Source: Silvanigrellaceae bacterium (GTDB taxonomy: Bacteria > Bdellovibrionota_B > Oligoflexia > Silvanigrellales > Silvanigrellaceae). Taken from it: DNA of 16,475 nt. The notes under the pieces are model-generated. The model was not told where the DNA came from. It saw nothing but the letters and a program-made list of their open reading frames with translations, and did not search any database. The translations under genes and the position numbers were made by a program. Below are positions 14,650 to 16,475 of the stretch, one piece after another (position 1 is the first letter of the stretch; every line of letters begins with the position of its first letter). The stretch covers positions 1 through 16,475 of the forward strand of contig JBMSQQ010000076.1 in NCBI GenBank assembly GCA_049423385.1. The letters are read 5' to 3'.

Positions 14650-16397
14650 GTGCTGGAAAGCGCGAAAAGCTCGATCTGATGGGCGCTCTGAAGATTCTTG
14701 CCAGGTCGCAATCATTTTCCGACATCACGAAACATGTCTCTCTGCGTGTTTTGATCATCACGTTGTTTCTGCTGCTGGGCACCGTGGCTGGCTTGTTTGC
14801 AATTGATTCGCAAGCGAAGGTTTTGAGTTTTCTCGGCCACAAGGATACTGGCGAACAGAATTTGTTTCTTAAGCTTTTTTTGTTGTTTATCGCTGCGCAG
14901 TTTCTCTTTGAGGTGCTCCAGTTTGTGAGGCGCTCGGTGCAGAACCGGGTGTCCGTTGCGGTGACAGACCTGTTGCGGCGAAAGATTTACTCAAAATACA
15001 GTCAACTGAGCTATTCAGAACTTCAATTGGTGTCATCGGGTGAGATCGCCCAGTTGCATGCTTCCGATTCCCAGCAGGTGGCTTCTGTCTGGTCTGAAGG
15101 AATTCTTTCCTTTTTCACGACTCTTGTCCTGACCCTTGGAGTTTCGATTTTTCTTTGCATTCAAATCGGAATTCCTGGAGTGGTGTTTTTTATCATTCTT
15201 GTCATTCTCATTTTTCTTGCTCAACGTTTTGCGCGCCAGACAGCACCTGCAATGCAGCAACGAGCCTACTTTTCCTCCAAGCGACTGTCCGTGATTCAGG
15301 AGTCGATCCGCTCTGTCTTTCTCGTCAAGGCGCTTGCCGCTGAACAGGAATTTGAGGGCCGCATCAAAAGGCTCGCCACCCAGGAGCAGGACACCAAGCT
15401 GTTGGCCTCGGCAATCAGTTGCCGGTACATCCCGATTTTTGCATCGTTGCGCTGGTTTGGTTGGGCGTCATTGTTGCTCTGGATTGTTTATGCACCCGGA
15501 TTTTCGGGCGGCGCGCGCGACCCGCGTCAGCTGGTGGCTTTGGTGTTTGCGGTCAATTGGTATTCCAGTCTGCTGCAGGATTCGTTTTTGTTCGTCGGCA
15601 CATACCTCAGTTTCATACAGGTCGGAGCGGTTTCGGTGCAAAGACTCGATCGCTTTCTGGAACTGCCGTTCCGGCGGCCGGTGCTGGCCGAGAATGCACC
15701 TGAACTTCCGGCAGGAGCAATCATTGGCCTTGCAAATGTGACGGTTGAATACCCTGGGCGCGCTGGACAACCAGCATTGCAGGGTGTGCACTTTGCTGCT
15801 CTTCCGGGTCAACTCATCGTCGTCGCGGGCCCAGTGGGTTCTGGGAAGTCCACGCTGTTGAGGACCCTTTTGGGGGAATTGGTTCCAAAGGATGGGGTGG
15901 TGGTCAAAAAGCGTGGATTGAAGGTTGGCTACATGTCTCAGGATGTGACCTTGCCATCCGCCACATTGCGCGACGTCTTGCGGCTTGAGTTTGATGATTC
16001 GAAAAAGGAAGATGCCCAGTTGGTTGGGCTCCTGAGGAGGGTCGAGTTTACCCGCGATCTGCAGGCCATGCCTGAGGGGTTGGCGACTCCAATCGGTGAA
16101 AGAGGGGTGACGCTCTCGGGAGGGCAGCGCGCCAGGGTGGGTTTGGCTCAGCTCTCATACTTTAGTGACGTGGAGGTTCTCCTTCTGGATGACCCCTTGG
16201 CAGCGCTGGATGAGACCACTTCCGCGCTGGTTATTTCCAGTCTTGTTTGTGGCTTATGGTCATCCAGGACCCGCATTGTCTGCACCCATCACCCCGAATT
16301 GATTCGTCGTGCCGACAGGGTGATCCGTCTCGAGGCCGGGAGGGTGGTGGAGCAGGGGCCTCGAGGCCAGGAGCAGAACCCCGAACAACAGCACTGA
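14646..16397 (+). CDS. ABC exporter half (TMD-NBD) resembling the N-terminal core (TMD1-NBD1) of ABCC/MRP transporters
   Basis: IYSKYSQLS...SSGEIAQL..SD, VSVQRLDRFL, Walker A GPVGSGKS followed by LLGEL, IGERGVTLSGGQRARVGLA, Walker B LLLDDPLAALD and TRIVCTH. ATGA overlap with the upstream gene. Confidence 0.93.
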   Translation: MSAGKREKLDLMGALKILARSQSFSDITKHVSLRVLIITLFLLLGTVAGLFAIDSQAKVLSFLGHKDTGEQNLFLKLFLLFIAAQFLFEVLQFVRRSVQNRVSVAVTDLLRRKIYSKYSQLSYSELQLVSSGEIAQLHASDSQQVASVWSEGILSFFTTLVLTLGVSIFLCIQIGIPGVVFFIILVILIFLAQRFARQTAPAMQQRAYFSSKRLSVIQESIRSVFLVKALAAEQEFEGRIKRLATQEQDTKLLASAISCRYIPIFASLRWFGWASLLLWIVYAPGFSGGARDPRQLVALVFAVNWYSSLLQDSFLFVGTYLSFIQVGAVSVQRLDRFLELPFRRPVLAENAPELPAGAIIGLANVTVEYPGRAGQPALQGVHFAALPGQLIVVAGPVGSGKSTLLRTLLGELVPKDGVVVKKRGLKVGYMSQDVTLPSATLRDVLRLEFDDSKKEDAQLVGLLRRVEFTRDLQAMPEGLATPIGERGVTLSGGQRARVGLAQLSYFSDVEVLLLDDPLAALDETTSALVISSLVCGLWSSRTRIVCTHHPELIRRADRVIRLEAGRVVEQGPRGQEQNPEQQH

Positions 16398-16475
16398 AGG
16401 CTTGACCATCGATGCCTTTGTCGCTAGGGTGCGGCCCTGCTTGAATGCGGTACAACCAAGCGTTTCTTGCATACA

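Noticed and set aside
14640..14655. Frameshifted single full-length ABCC pseudogene
   Set aside because: The halves are in domain 2 then domain 1 order, each is complete, and they join by a standard ATGA coupling overlap.

Overview
Bacterial chromosomal window with no mobile element, CRISPR array or RNA gene that I can support. A Bdellovibrionota/Oligoflexia-like host is my inference from gene content and style; it is not proven. From left to right it holds four blocks. (1) A minus-strand unit: a 652-aa lipoprotein of unknown function, deoC, then the start of deoA/pdp. (2) A divergent pair of small unknown genes: a Cys4 zinc-ribbon-like protein behind a very good sigma54 (-24/-12) promoter, and a 121-aa beta-rich protein whose start codon abuts a terminator hairpin. 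(3) A minus-strand hook operon, fliK-flgD-flgE, closely followed by a membrane fatty-acid-desaturase-family gene. (4) A divergent plus-strand unit of two paralogous secreted S8 subtilases and two half ABC transporters. The most notable observations are these. The two ABC halves look like a eukaryote-type ABCC/MRP transporter split in two and encoded in reverse order. The first subtilase leader has three AGGGA-loop hairpins (CsrA/RsmA-type), one presenting the Shine-Dalgarno (SD). Two terminator-like hairpins contain or abut the ribosome-binding site and start codon of the next gene. A desaturase is attached to the hook operon. FliK is long and lacks the usual PxxLG proline. The lipoprotein looks like a catalytically degenerate PHP-type metallohydrolase scaffold.
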